Part shown: one piece after another, positions 25,320 through 35,606 of the stretch | Layout of the letters: every line of letters begins with the position of its first letter | How positions within the stretch are numbered: the stretch's first letter is position 1 | Assembly (NCBI GenBank): GCA_022813865.1 | Contig: JALDZX010000005.1 | Span: 124,001 to 188,000 of the forward strand | Length of the DNA stretch: 64,000 nucleotides | Reading direction: 5' to 3' | Source: Xylographa opegraphella | Taxonomy: Eukaryota | Made by a program: the position numbers and the translations under genes | Notes under the pieces: model-generated | Told to the model about the DNA's origin: nothing | The model's database searches: none | The model's input: the letters and a program-made list of their open reading frames with translations, nothing else

Positions 25320-28319
25320 CTATTCCAGCTTCGCTACTACCATTTTTAGGATTTCCTCCGGCGACTTGGACGCATTCCGTGGATCCTTCGCCACGCCCTG
25401 CCACATCTCGCCGTGCTTCGGCTCATTGAGGACACATTTCGAAATGACGTCTTCGCGTTTCTCCTACGATGAAGCGTTAGTATCAGCTCGAGAGAGCGCT
25501 TCTCCTTCTTGGTAAAGAACAGAAGATGTATGCGAGTACTCACATCAGTCCCGTGCTGTACCAGAAACTGATAGTACCACGCCCAAGTATCGCCCAGGTC
25601 CGCATCCAGCAGTATCGCCTTCTCAAACCACGTCGCTGCCTTCTCGAGCCGGCGCTCCTGCCAGAATATCCGCGCCACAGTCACAAACAGGATTGGGTCG
25701 TTGTCCACTTTCTTGATAGCCTCTAAACTGCGCGGCTTGCGCTGCGTGCGCGGCTCGAGGTACCAGATACTCTCGCTCCAGAGCAGACCGGAGTTGGGCA
25801 CCTCTTGTAGAGCCTTGGCCATAAGATTCTTCGCCTGCGCGACGTTCTTGGCGCGCCGTTCAATGCGCACGCTCTCAGTCCAGAGCTGCGCGTTTTTAGG
25901 GACGGCGAGCCGGGCACGGTCGAGCACTGAGCGGGCTTTGACAACGGCGCCGGAATGTTCTTCGAGGCGAGATGCGAGCAGCCAGAGCGGCACCGATTTG
26001 GGACAGGCGCGTGTACCAGTGGAGTAAGCCTCGCGAGCTTGGGGGAACTTGTTGGCAGCTTCGTAGATCTGACCTTTCAACATCCAGAGCTTATCGGCTT
26101 TAGGATAGATTTGCAGAGCCTGGTTGACGAGGTCGAGAGCGGCGTCATCGTCGCCGAGCTGACGCTCGAACGCAACGCTCTTGATCCACACGCGGTCGGT
26201 CCCGGCTTCTTCGCGAGCGGCGTGAAGGAGCTCGCGCGCCTGGTCGGTTTGCTGGTTGTCAGCTTCGAGCTTGACGGCCGCGAGCCAGATGTCTTCGTTG
26301 TTGGGGTTCTGCTTGAAGGCAAGGGCGAGCACACGGCGGGCTTCTGTCATTTCGCCGGATTGCCACTTTTCTTTGGCGAGCATCATCCATAGAACCTCGC
26401 TTTGAGGACAAGCTTCGACCGCTTTCCCAAGGATTTGCCAGAGTGCTTCTTTGGTGCCGTGGTTCTTCTCTAAGTCGGCCGCTGCAAGCCAAATCGATTT
26501 TTTATTGACAAAAACTCGTAAAGCGTATGCGTAGATGGCTCGAGCGGTCTCGTATCTACCTCTGCCAATACTAGCTTTAGCATCCTCCATCCAGATTTCC
26601 TTACGATCGTCATCTTCATCCAATCCATACCCTAATGTCTCCCTTATTATTGCAGCGCAGGTGAGGATGGAGCCTTCTTCTTCGCACTTTTCGGCTTGTG
26701 TGATCCATTCTTCTCGCTTCAACATTGCCGACTCTTGGGCCAATGATTGGACGGCACGTTTCATCACGTTCACTTTGCCGTTGCCCATCTGTTCTTGCAG
26801 TCGGGCGGCGGCAATCCAGACCTCGTAGCTGGTTGGCACAGCCATACGGGCCTTGTTCAGAACCTTTTGAGCATTCTCCGGAGTTTCTAGGCGAGCAAGT
26901 GCAAGCCAAAGCTCTACAGAGAGTGGTATCATTTCGGTGGCTTTGGCGAGAAGTAGTTTCGCGTCAGCAGGATCCTCTTCAAGATTGACAGCCTCTTTCC
27001 AGATAGCCACCGACTGCGGGATGTTGTCGATCGCTCGGCGCAGTACTCGTTTCTTGGCCCGAGGATCGTTCTCGAGTCTCATCGCCTCAATCCAGAGCCT
27101 TGTGGATCGATCATTGATCTTGAGAGCATTTGCCGCAATTATTTTGGCGTTATGGTTGTCGTTGAGTCTAATACTCTCGAGCCAAGCATCCTCACTCTTC
27201 GGACAAAACTCGCAACCCCTGGCGATAACATTCCTGGCAGCCACAATTTTCCCTGCAACCTCTTCCAGTCGGGCGGCAGCTATCCAGCCAGGAGCGTGCT
27301 TTGGATTGGTTTTGATGACAGACTCCAGAAGCGTCCGAACACGCTTGATATCCCCAACTTCGACCTCGCCGGCTTTCAATTCGGTCTTGCTTAGACTGGT
27401 AAGATATCCTTTAGGGTCAATGTTTGTAGCACTCCCAGTTGTTGAATCAGTGCCGGACCCTTGAGCTGCTTGATCCAGCCGAACACGTAGAACCTTGTCC
27501 CGAGCAGCACCGATGTCTGCAAAATTTGTCATTGTTCCGTCTACATTATCCGCGCTTGATCCATTTGTTGCTGTCCCGTCATCTTGAACGCTTGTGTCAA
27601 ACTGCGTGGAATCTCGAGCTCCTGCTATGACGCTGTCCGGCACAGCGTAAAACCGCTGCCTTAGGTTTTGTTTTGTCCTCCGATTTTTGCCGGTGAGATC
27701 TCCCACTTCTGGTATATTCGCCCAGTCCTCATCAGAAACGCTTGCGAGTGATCGCTTGAGGTCGGCAAACTGCTGCTGGATTTTTGGATTATTGCGTTCG
27801 TAGTCCTCTCGCTCTTGGCGTTCTCTTGCTTCCCTAAAGGCATCGAAGGGTTTCAAGTCGGTAATCTGTCCAACATAACCCAAAGAAGACGATAAATTAT
27901 ATGCTTCACAAGGAGTTTGCAAAATGGGTCGGGGAGCATGGGAAGGGAATGACCAACCTCCTTATCTTCCTTCGCCTGTCCATCTTCTCGTCCACCTCCT
28001 GATATATTCTATCGGCCTCATCATCATCTCGATCGTATGCGCCATTGGCGAAAAGACCGACTTCGTTTTCAGGATCCTGGAATCGCTCATCATCATCATC
28101 ATTTTCGTCCTTCTTCTCTGGTGCTCCATAGGCGGTTGGAGGGGCTGCCCCAAGTTGTTGTGCTCGTTTTGCGAGCAACTCTTTCATCTGCTCCTCACTG
28201 GGACCTTCTCTAGCTGGACCAAGATCAGAGCGCGTGGTGAAGCCAGTGGCACCACGACCAAGACCGGCGACATAGTTCTCCGGAGCCGGCTGGCTCAAGA
28301 AATCCTTACGACCAGACAT
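25320..28319 (-). CDS. PRP6: Pre-mRNA splicing factor Prp6 (S. pombe Prp1), U4/U6.U5 tri-snRNP TPR/HAT protein; 3 exons
   Basis: MSGRKDFLSQPAPENYVAGLGRGATGFTTRSDLGPARE, IDPKGYLTSL, NPKHAPGWIAAARLEE, HAT repeats. Last exon EKREDVISKCVLNEPKHGEMWQGVAKDP...VAKLE* with stop at 25320-25322. Confidence 0.97.
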
Positions 28320-28581
28320 CGTGAAGTTTGGGGAGAATATATGAGTAACTAGAAGTGAGAGATATTACAGAACCTTCGGCTGCGGAGGTATTGATTACGT
28401 CTAATCAAGCCAAGGTACCGATACATAAGGCTTAGCCTACCCGCTGTATCGGTTTCATCAATCGCTTAGGATAACGCTGAGACGCCGAATGTTAACTAGT
28501 CTTTCAACTTTACCAGTAAAAACAAGCCATTATAGAATCATCAATCACACTGATACAGTTGACTACCTCACGCTTTCATTT

Positions 28582-29061
28582 ATGGCTCCACCTTCTCAGT
28601 TGTCAATAGCCACCTCCTCCTTGTTACGTTTGGTGAAGGAAGAATCCTCTTACCACAAAGAATTGCAGGGACAATTAGCCAGGATTGAAAATTTAGATCA
28701 GACAGATGAAAATGCCGAATACATCTTAAAGCAAGAGGTATGCTGGAGAGTCACTGGAAGCCTTTTTGCATCTTAGTGTCTTCATTTGGCGGTAATAATG
28801 GCTATCATAGAAGAAGGGCATAGAGGAGACAAACGCTATGTTTCCAGAGCTCAGGGATCGAATCAAGGTAGCCATGGCGAGGTTGGATTCACAGCTTGTA
28901 GGTTCCGAGTTTTGAGAGCAATCTCATATTTTTAGTACTGATGGGTTGTGGTAGGAAGCGGTTGAGGAAGCTGGATCCAATAGTAATACGGAAGAAATTT
29001 CAAAAGCAAAGGAAGCGATGACGCAGGCGAAGACAAGCTACAAAGAGATGGCTTCAGTTAA
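28582..29061 (+). CDS. RBL2: Tubulin-specific chaperone A (TBCA/Rbl2); 3 exons
   Basis: MAPPSQLSIATSSLLRLVKEESSYHKE...ENAEYILKQE|KKGIEETNAMFPELRDRI...|EAVEEAGS...KAKEAM. Confidence 0.9.
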
Positions 29062-29208
29062 TGATTCTTAGGTTACCCGGTCTAATTTCGGTAAATCCAT
29101 CATGAATATTTTGATCGTATAACATGCACGCTCAGGTATCAATCGCCAACCCACCAAACATCGAGCTGAACAGATCGTTGTAAGTTACAACAACCCAATG
29201 ACAATTGA

Positions 29209-30351
29209 TCAGGAGGTATCCATCTTGTCGACTGGAGATGTGGCTCTTCCGCTGCTTCCAGCACCCTCTCCTTCTCTAGTGTCGTCAGTCGCATCCAGCT
29301 CCACAGAGACCTCGCCGTCCTCAGCCATACTTGTGTCCTCAGTTTCCTCTGGCTTTGTATCACCAGTTGCTGGCACTGGAGTGGAAGTTCGTAGAGGTGA
29401 TTTGGCGCGGGCATTCAAGTGATGATTAACAGTAAGCCCGGTCGTTCCTGCGGTATCCTCGTCCATACTGAGATGAAGAGGCGTAGCTCCACCAGCGTCG
29501 TGTCTAGGAGTTGCAAATCCACTACTTCTTCCCCTTAGTGATCCTGCTTCGGCCTCATCCACGTCCTCGCGATCTTCCATTCCTTCTCGCCTCTCAACCT
29601 CTTCCTTCTCGTCCCTGATCAGACGCCTAAGGTGCATCCCTTCTTCGATAATACGACCGAATTGTTCACGTCTTTCGCTCCACGTCTGAGCATACTCCTT
29701 GCTTTCTCTTTCTAGCTCAGCAATCTCGGAATTAAGCTTTTCCAGATTGACATGCTGGTCTTCTCTCGAGCGCAACAGACGATTGCTTGTGATCTTCTCT
29801 GCCAGTTCGTCGTAGGTCTTTCGTAGTGCCAACGTCCTTTGAGCGTCCTCGAGCTGTGAGCGTAGCTCAGTAGTACTCTCACGAACTTCTTGCGCAGTAG
29901 CTTCAATTCGTACTTTTTCGCCAGCATAACGCTCACGTTCTTTGGCATTGCTGGTCAAGAGCAATTGCATGCGGATTATGCTGCTGTCAAACGCAGCGAA
30001 ATCAAGAAGCATATCGTCCTTGAACTGTTCATGCTTTTCCCAGAACTGTTTTAGCTCAAGTTGGTATGCGGCGGCTGCTTCATCGGCACCTTGGGTGTCA
30101 GGTGGAGGTGGTGCAGGTGGCCTGACGAGCGGGCTTTCGATGGGTGATCCTTTCGCAAGCAGACGCTTGAAGATACGTTTAATAGGCTTTTCTTCGACGT
30201 TGAGCAACCGCCTTGCATGGAGCGCATCTGAGAACGTTAAAAGGCCCCCAAAAGAAAGGTGATAGGGTGGCAGACCTTCTTCTGCCTGGGTGAGTAATCC
30301 ATAGTCGTATTCAGGTCGACCGTCTACTCCGCCTATAAAGTATTTCGACAT
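29209..30351 (-). CDS. THOC7: THO complex subunit 7 / Mft1-like
   Basis: YGLLTQAEE|DALHARRLLNVEEKPIKRIFKRLL, FKDDMLLDFAAFDSSIIRMQLLLTSNAKERERY, RKTYDELAEKI, WSERREQFGRI. One 48-nt intron at 30228-30275. Confidence 0.88.
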   Translation of the reverse strand: MSKYFIGGVDGRPEYDYGLLTQAEEGLPPYHLSFGGLLTFSDALHARRLLNVEEKPIKRIFKRLLAKGSPIESPLVRPPAPPPPDTQGADEAAAAYQLELKQFWEKHEQFKDDMLLDFAAFDSSIIRMQLLLTSNAKERERYAGEKVRIEATAQEVRESTTELRSQLEDAQRTLALRKTYDELAEKITSNRLLRSREDQHVNLEKLNSEIAELERESKEYAQTWSERREQFGRIIEEGMHLRRLIRDEKEEVERREGMEDREDVDEAEAGSLRGRSSGFATPRHDAGGATPLHLSMDEDTAGTTGLTVNHHLNARAKSPLRTSTPVPATGDTKPEETEDTSMAEDGEVSVELDATDDTREGEGAGSSGRATSPVDKMDTS

Positions 30352-30887
30352 AGTGGCAAGGCTTTGCGTACAAGTAGTAACCACCAACTTGTGAGGAATG
30401 AACCTAAGCAAGCAGCAAGCTGTTTACTGGTAGTAAACCAGACAATCCTGCATTCAGCACCTACTGTCGTTAAGAGGCGCGGGAAAAACTGTGGATTACT
30501 GACCCCTGGCCATGGTGGACCGTGCCAAGATACTCCCACAGTACTTCAGTACGCCGCTACGGTTTTGCTTCCGGCGCCAATCTGTAATAGAATTAAGCTT
30601 TCTTGAGCTAAAATTGAGTAAGAAGTACTAATCAGATCAAGCATTAGTGTGCTCGTTATCTTTATGCTGAACGTGGTTAGTAGGTTTCGTATGTTTCTAG
30701 CCGTGCTAGGCTTGGTCGGGTATTAGCTTCAGGAACACCACCGAGCATTGATCCTCGGTACCTTCCTTCACAATGTGACTGGAATGCAGCTGAAAGTTGC
30801 CATTGTACACACATATATTAGCGCATCATCTTTAGTACTAATATCATTTCTTCTACATTTACTTGGAAAGTTTTATAATATTCCAAA

Positions 30888-32034
30888 ATGCCAGTTCCAC
30901 CTCTTTATTATCTTGCCCGAAAAGCGTGCATAAAGAACATACGATGTAAGTTATTCTCTCTGTAGCTATGAGGGCAATGTATACTAACTTTCCAAGCCAT
31001 TACTGATATTGGTGATATACCGTATGATCTGGTTCGGCCCATACTTTTGAAACTCGAGAATCCTGAACAATTAGTAAAATTACATCCGATCACTGTACAT
31101 TAATGCACTAATATGAGTCTTGTAGCACATACTTGAGGAAGCCTCACCACAACTATGCGGAGCCGACGCGGAAATATGGCGCATATTTATAGCACGGGAC
31201 ATACCAAAGTGGGAGTCCAAGCCACATGAACCCAAGAATCCGAAGAACTGGTATAAAGTCTACCGTAAGCTGCGACTGGAAAGCCAAAATGAGGTGGATG
31301 CGGATGCCGAACTTCTCAAGGCCAAAATGGAGGGTATCAAGAATGAAAAGGCGAAACATACTTCCAAGATTGTCGATCCACGAACGGTCCCGAAGCTACC
31401 CAGGATGGGCGGTATGCGTCTTGAGGGGGGGCGGTCCAAGTCTGGCCCTTCGTCATCTAACAATCTATCTTCCCTTAGGTTTACTTCCGGGTCGAAGACG
31501 AAAGTATTAACCGGTAGCGGCGTCATAGCAAAGGTGCGCAGGGAAGGGAAAGAGATGAGTTTGTTTAGTTCCAAGAACAGTCATTTGACGACACCAACCC
31601 ACAAACTTTCCGACAGAGCTACTCAAATCCGTAAAGTTCCTCAAGGATTGGTTGAAGATCATCGACGACCATCAGCTCCTCTTCCTACGAATCCAAGCTC
31701 GAAACCAACTACAATTTTCGCTCCGAGAAGACGTAACACAGGTGGCGAGATCTCCTCGCCTAGAGGGTTGACCTTTGAAGAGCGCGAAAAAAGGCTAAGG
31801 ACGCTGACAGGCTGCACCCCATCCACAGAGAGGTCGTTAACGACCACCGTGACGACACAGAATGTATCCGCGTCTTCCCCACCTATGACTACAAATACAA
31901 CGTATCCTAGCTCTGCCTACGTCGCGCCACGGGTTAAGCCTCTGACATTGGAGCATGCTGGACATCGACCATTGCCAAAGGTGAAGGCTCCCGTCGACCC
32001 TTTCATGCCGGCAAAGCGTCGTAGAGTTGTATAA
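30888..32034 (+). CDS. ELA1: Elongin A (RNA Pol II elongation factor SIII subunit A / Ela1); 3 exons
   Basis: MPVPPLYYLARKACIKNIR (BC-box-like) | ITDIGDIPYDLVRPILLKLENPEQL | HILEEASPQLCGADAEIWRIFIARD...PKNWYKVYRKL, continuing into ORF 31294-32034. Confidence 0.85.
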
Positions 32035-32530
32035 GAATCCAAGATTATATAAAAACGTCATAGATTTAATGTGTCACTGGGAGCATACTCGGAATAGTAT
32101 GTATTGCGTCAACCGGAATCCAACGATATATGTTCGATTGTTTTATAGTCTTCTAGCATTTGACAGCACGGACTGGAACAGGAATAGCTATCACCACCTG
32201 AAAACCGCATGGGTGTTCAGGACACCAACGTTTTCGGAATTTATCGATACCCATACGGCATATGACGTACCTATCTTTTATGTATTGCGACCAAATATAT
32301 TTCATTAGATAGCAGAAAGCAATGGGCCGTGGGACTTTTCGTGTGAGATCCACTCGCAAGGTCTATCAGAACTCTGTTGCTTCAGACTTCCTGTACTGCA
32401 AGTGAAGATCGTGTCTATCATCAATCATTGCTTTGCTTACCACAAGGCGAAGGTGCCCTCTGATATCGCTACGCTGTCGTACTGGGTTTGCTCGTTTCTA
32501 TTCGCTTTGCCCCTGAGTCAACCCCTACTT

Positions 32531-33035
32531 TCATAGACCTCCACGTAACGCAAGCACCAAGTGTAAGGTAGCTCCACCCTCGAGATTGTACTCTTTAGCC
32601 GTTTTGTCGTCCGCCCTGAATCATCAACATCGATTAGCACACGAAGTTCTAATATAGTCCACCTGAAACCCAACAATGAAAAGAAGCCAAGCCAATCTTT
32701 GAAAGGCGAATCCACACATGGATAGAAACAGAAGTCAAGGATGTTTACATTTGCTTGCCCCCATAGATCAACCGCTGCTGTACAGGCGGAATACCCTCCT
32801 TCTCCTCCACCCGCTCCTTTATCCGCGAGACCTGTTATTTATGAGCTCAGGTATTCAGCTGAGGCGCGATATGAGATCAGATTGCGCGACTGGGGATTTG
32901 TATCGAGGGATCCAAACGTACTTTGTAGTCGGGTTCGATGTCTAGCTCTATCTCTTTCCCAGTAAGGGTTCTGACTCTATATCATGTTAGTAGATATTGA
33001 GATACAGAATCGCGGAGGACAAACTTGATATTCAT
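32531..33035 (-). CDS. NEDD8: NEDD8/Rub1 ubiquitin-like modifier; 4 exons (absent from the ORF track)
   Basis: Hand-spliced: MNIK|VRTLTGKEIELDIEPDYK|VSRIKERVEEKEGIPPVQQRLIYGGKQM|ADDKTAKEYNLEGGATLHLVLALRGGL*. Ala72 and the EIELDIEP/RVEEKEGIPP segments identify NEDD8 rather than ubiquitin. Confidence 0.97.
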
Positions 33036-33806
33036 GGTATGATGTGGGGGACGCCGAAGGACTTGGTGGGGCTTGTCAAGGGTATGATCGAGAACTGTGG
33101 GCGCTGGATGCGGGGCGACGAGAGCTCAGAAATCAAACGTGGCTTTCTATCTTCTGTAGGGAATTGGCTCGATATGATATTGGTAGCTATGCTTTAAAGT
33201 CGCTGTGGCCTCGTGCCCCTCGAGTGACGGCCTGTGATGCCTTGTATAACATAAAGTGTGGGACTATTATACACAACTTATGCCGCGCGCTAGGCTATCC
33301 TATCCTGAGTTAGTGGGCGTTTCGTTTCGTTTCATGGACTCCAGCGCTCTTGATCTCTTCCGGCGATTTTCCCGCGAGCGAGTACGACGATTCAATGCAA
33401 CTTCGATTCACTGCTCCGTGAATATCTGGGACACACTTTGTTGGCTTGCCGCCATGAGTCTCATCGTTCGATACGTTTCGTTGAATCTTCAGATCATGGA
33501 AGTCGGCAAAGCACTGCACAACGCGCCTGCATTTAGATTCTGCCCTTTTCATGCGCCCATACTACATGAATGAGAGTTTGAACAAAGTTTGGTATCCCTT
33601 AGTGCTGCAAATATCGAACTCACAGCTTGGGTCTTTCCTTGTGTATGGTCTGCGAGTAGCTTTATCAGTCGATTTTGTACTCTCTATCCTCCTTAGGGAT
33701 AGTTTCTGGTATCGTGTTTAAAATCTATAAATCATTCATTTCTTAATCGATCTAATATCTTGTATCCAGCGACCACGGTGCCCGCCCATTTTTATGATTA
33801 TTAGCT

Positions 33807-35132
33807 ATGAATATGTTCGCCTATATGAATATCCTTTCTTGTTCACTCTTATTGCCTTCTCTAGTCTTTGCGTTAGTAGCTCAAAGCACTCTACCTCCCA
33901 GATTCAGTATGTCATTCAATGGCAACGGATCCGATCCTGCCTTTCCACATGTCTATCGTGATGGAGGAGTTTCCGGAATGGTTTCTGGCAAGAACATCAT
34001 GGTATTCTGTGATACGAAAACTACCACAGGTAACATATCAGCCCCTATGAAAGGCTTTACTTCGAATTCAATTGCATATGTGAGAGGCTCTTGATCCGAC
34101 GACAGTTGGATCTCGACTAAGGATGTAATAGTATATGGGCAGTGACCCCACCCCACAATTTCAAGACTTTGGAAACAATGAGGTCCCCAACCTGGCGGTG
34201 CCATGGTTGGAGTCCGAGTCGAGTTACACCACTGAGAACTTTGACAAAACTGGAAATCGAGTGGTGATTTGGCCTGGATGTGAGTGCTGATAGGTTTGTA
34301 GGAGCTGCTATCCAAATACTAACAAAAGCAGCCTCGATCACAGCTATCCACGATGGTAATACAGGTATCGCGGTCTGGGGCGTTGCTATATGGGGCCCTG
34401 CTGGTAAAAGCCTCTACAATACGCTCGTTACCATCACCGTCAACGAAAGCGGGCCTCAGGTCGAGAGGACCGTTCCAGAGTTCATTCAGGTAACAAAACC
34501 CATTGCCACTTCTTCATATCTTCACATTGTGCTAAGAGGGTTTAGACTGGCCACATCCAGTACGGCAACTGGGGAAGCACAATCGGCGCCTCCGGCAAAC
34601 TCCTCCTCCTCGCCGCCTCCGCCGGCGGCCTGAAAGTAGCCCGCGTTGACCCCAATCAAGCAGCCGACCTTAGCAAAGTAAGCTCCCGTCACCAGCCACG
34701 CCTCTTGCGACACTAACCTCCCATCCCCAGTACGAATACTACATGGGCCCCACCACCAATACCTGGTCGTCCACCCCTCCGCCCGCCAACAGCACGGCCG
34801 CCAACCTCTTCACGGTAGGCCCGTGGTTCGGCGGCGGCAGCAGTGGCGACGTCTTCTGGTTGCCGCTCCACCGCACCTTCCTGTGCGTCTACTTCAACGG
34901 TCTCCCGGACAACACCTTCTACGTCCGCTACGCCCTCGACGGCTGGGTCGCTGGCCGCTGGTCCGAGGAGCTGGTGCTGTACGTGACCGCCCCGCCGGCG
35001 CATGACCCCGGTGACCCGTTCAACTACGCCGGTCATGCGAACCCGACCTGGGATCTGAGCGGGCGGACGCTGGCGCTGAGCTGGTCGTTTGGGGGCGCGT
35101 GGACGCAGGTGGCGACGGTGAGGTGGGGTTGA
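33807..35132 (+). CDS. Secreted protein with a DUF4185-like / five-bladed beta-propeller glycosidase-like signature; about 5 exons
   Basis: Signal peptide, then YRDGGVSG...IMVFCDT...FTSNSIAY, LKVARVDP, SSGDVFWLPLHRTFLCVYF, WSEELVLY, FNYAGHANPTWDLSGRTLALSWS. Donors and acceptors flank each piece. Confidence 0.7.
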
Positions 35133-35144
35133 GGGGTGGGTAGT

Positions 35145-35606
35145 GATGGATCTGGGGGTGTGGAGTTGAGGCTCGTAAGTGATATTGGGATAGCCATGAT
35201 CTTTGGCGGGATACAGGCTCTGGGTTAGGGTCACGATAGAGGGGCTGAGAAGCTTTTGATGAATCTACAGGATATAGATGTGGTCACGGTGCAGTTGGTT
35301 TTGGATGGATCTGGGGTACAGATTTAAGGCTCATGGGTAATATTGGGATAGCCATGGTCTTTGGCAGATGTAAGCTCTAGGTTACGGTCACGATAGAGGG
35401 GCTGAGAAGCTTTTGATTAATCTACGGGACATAGATTTGGTCACGGTGCAGTGGGTTTTGGATAGGTCTGGGGATTTAGATATACGGTCCGTGAGTATTG
35501 GTTAGACCCATGATTTTTGGCGGGATGCAAGCTCTAGGTTGCGGGCACCGATAAAGGAAACCGAAGGCCTTTTATATATCCGTAGGACATCGATCTGCCC
35601 ACGGTG
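35145..35606. repeat. Diverged tandem repeat, about 158-bp unit x3
   Basis: Units start at 35145, 35304 and 35461. Copies 1 and 2 share ATATTGGGATAGCCATG, GGTCACGATAGAGGGGCTGAGAAGCTTTTGAT and TGGTCACGGTGCAGT. Copy 3 is more diverged. Confidence 0.9.
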
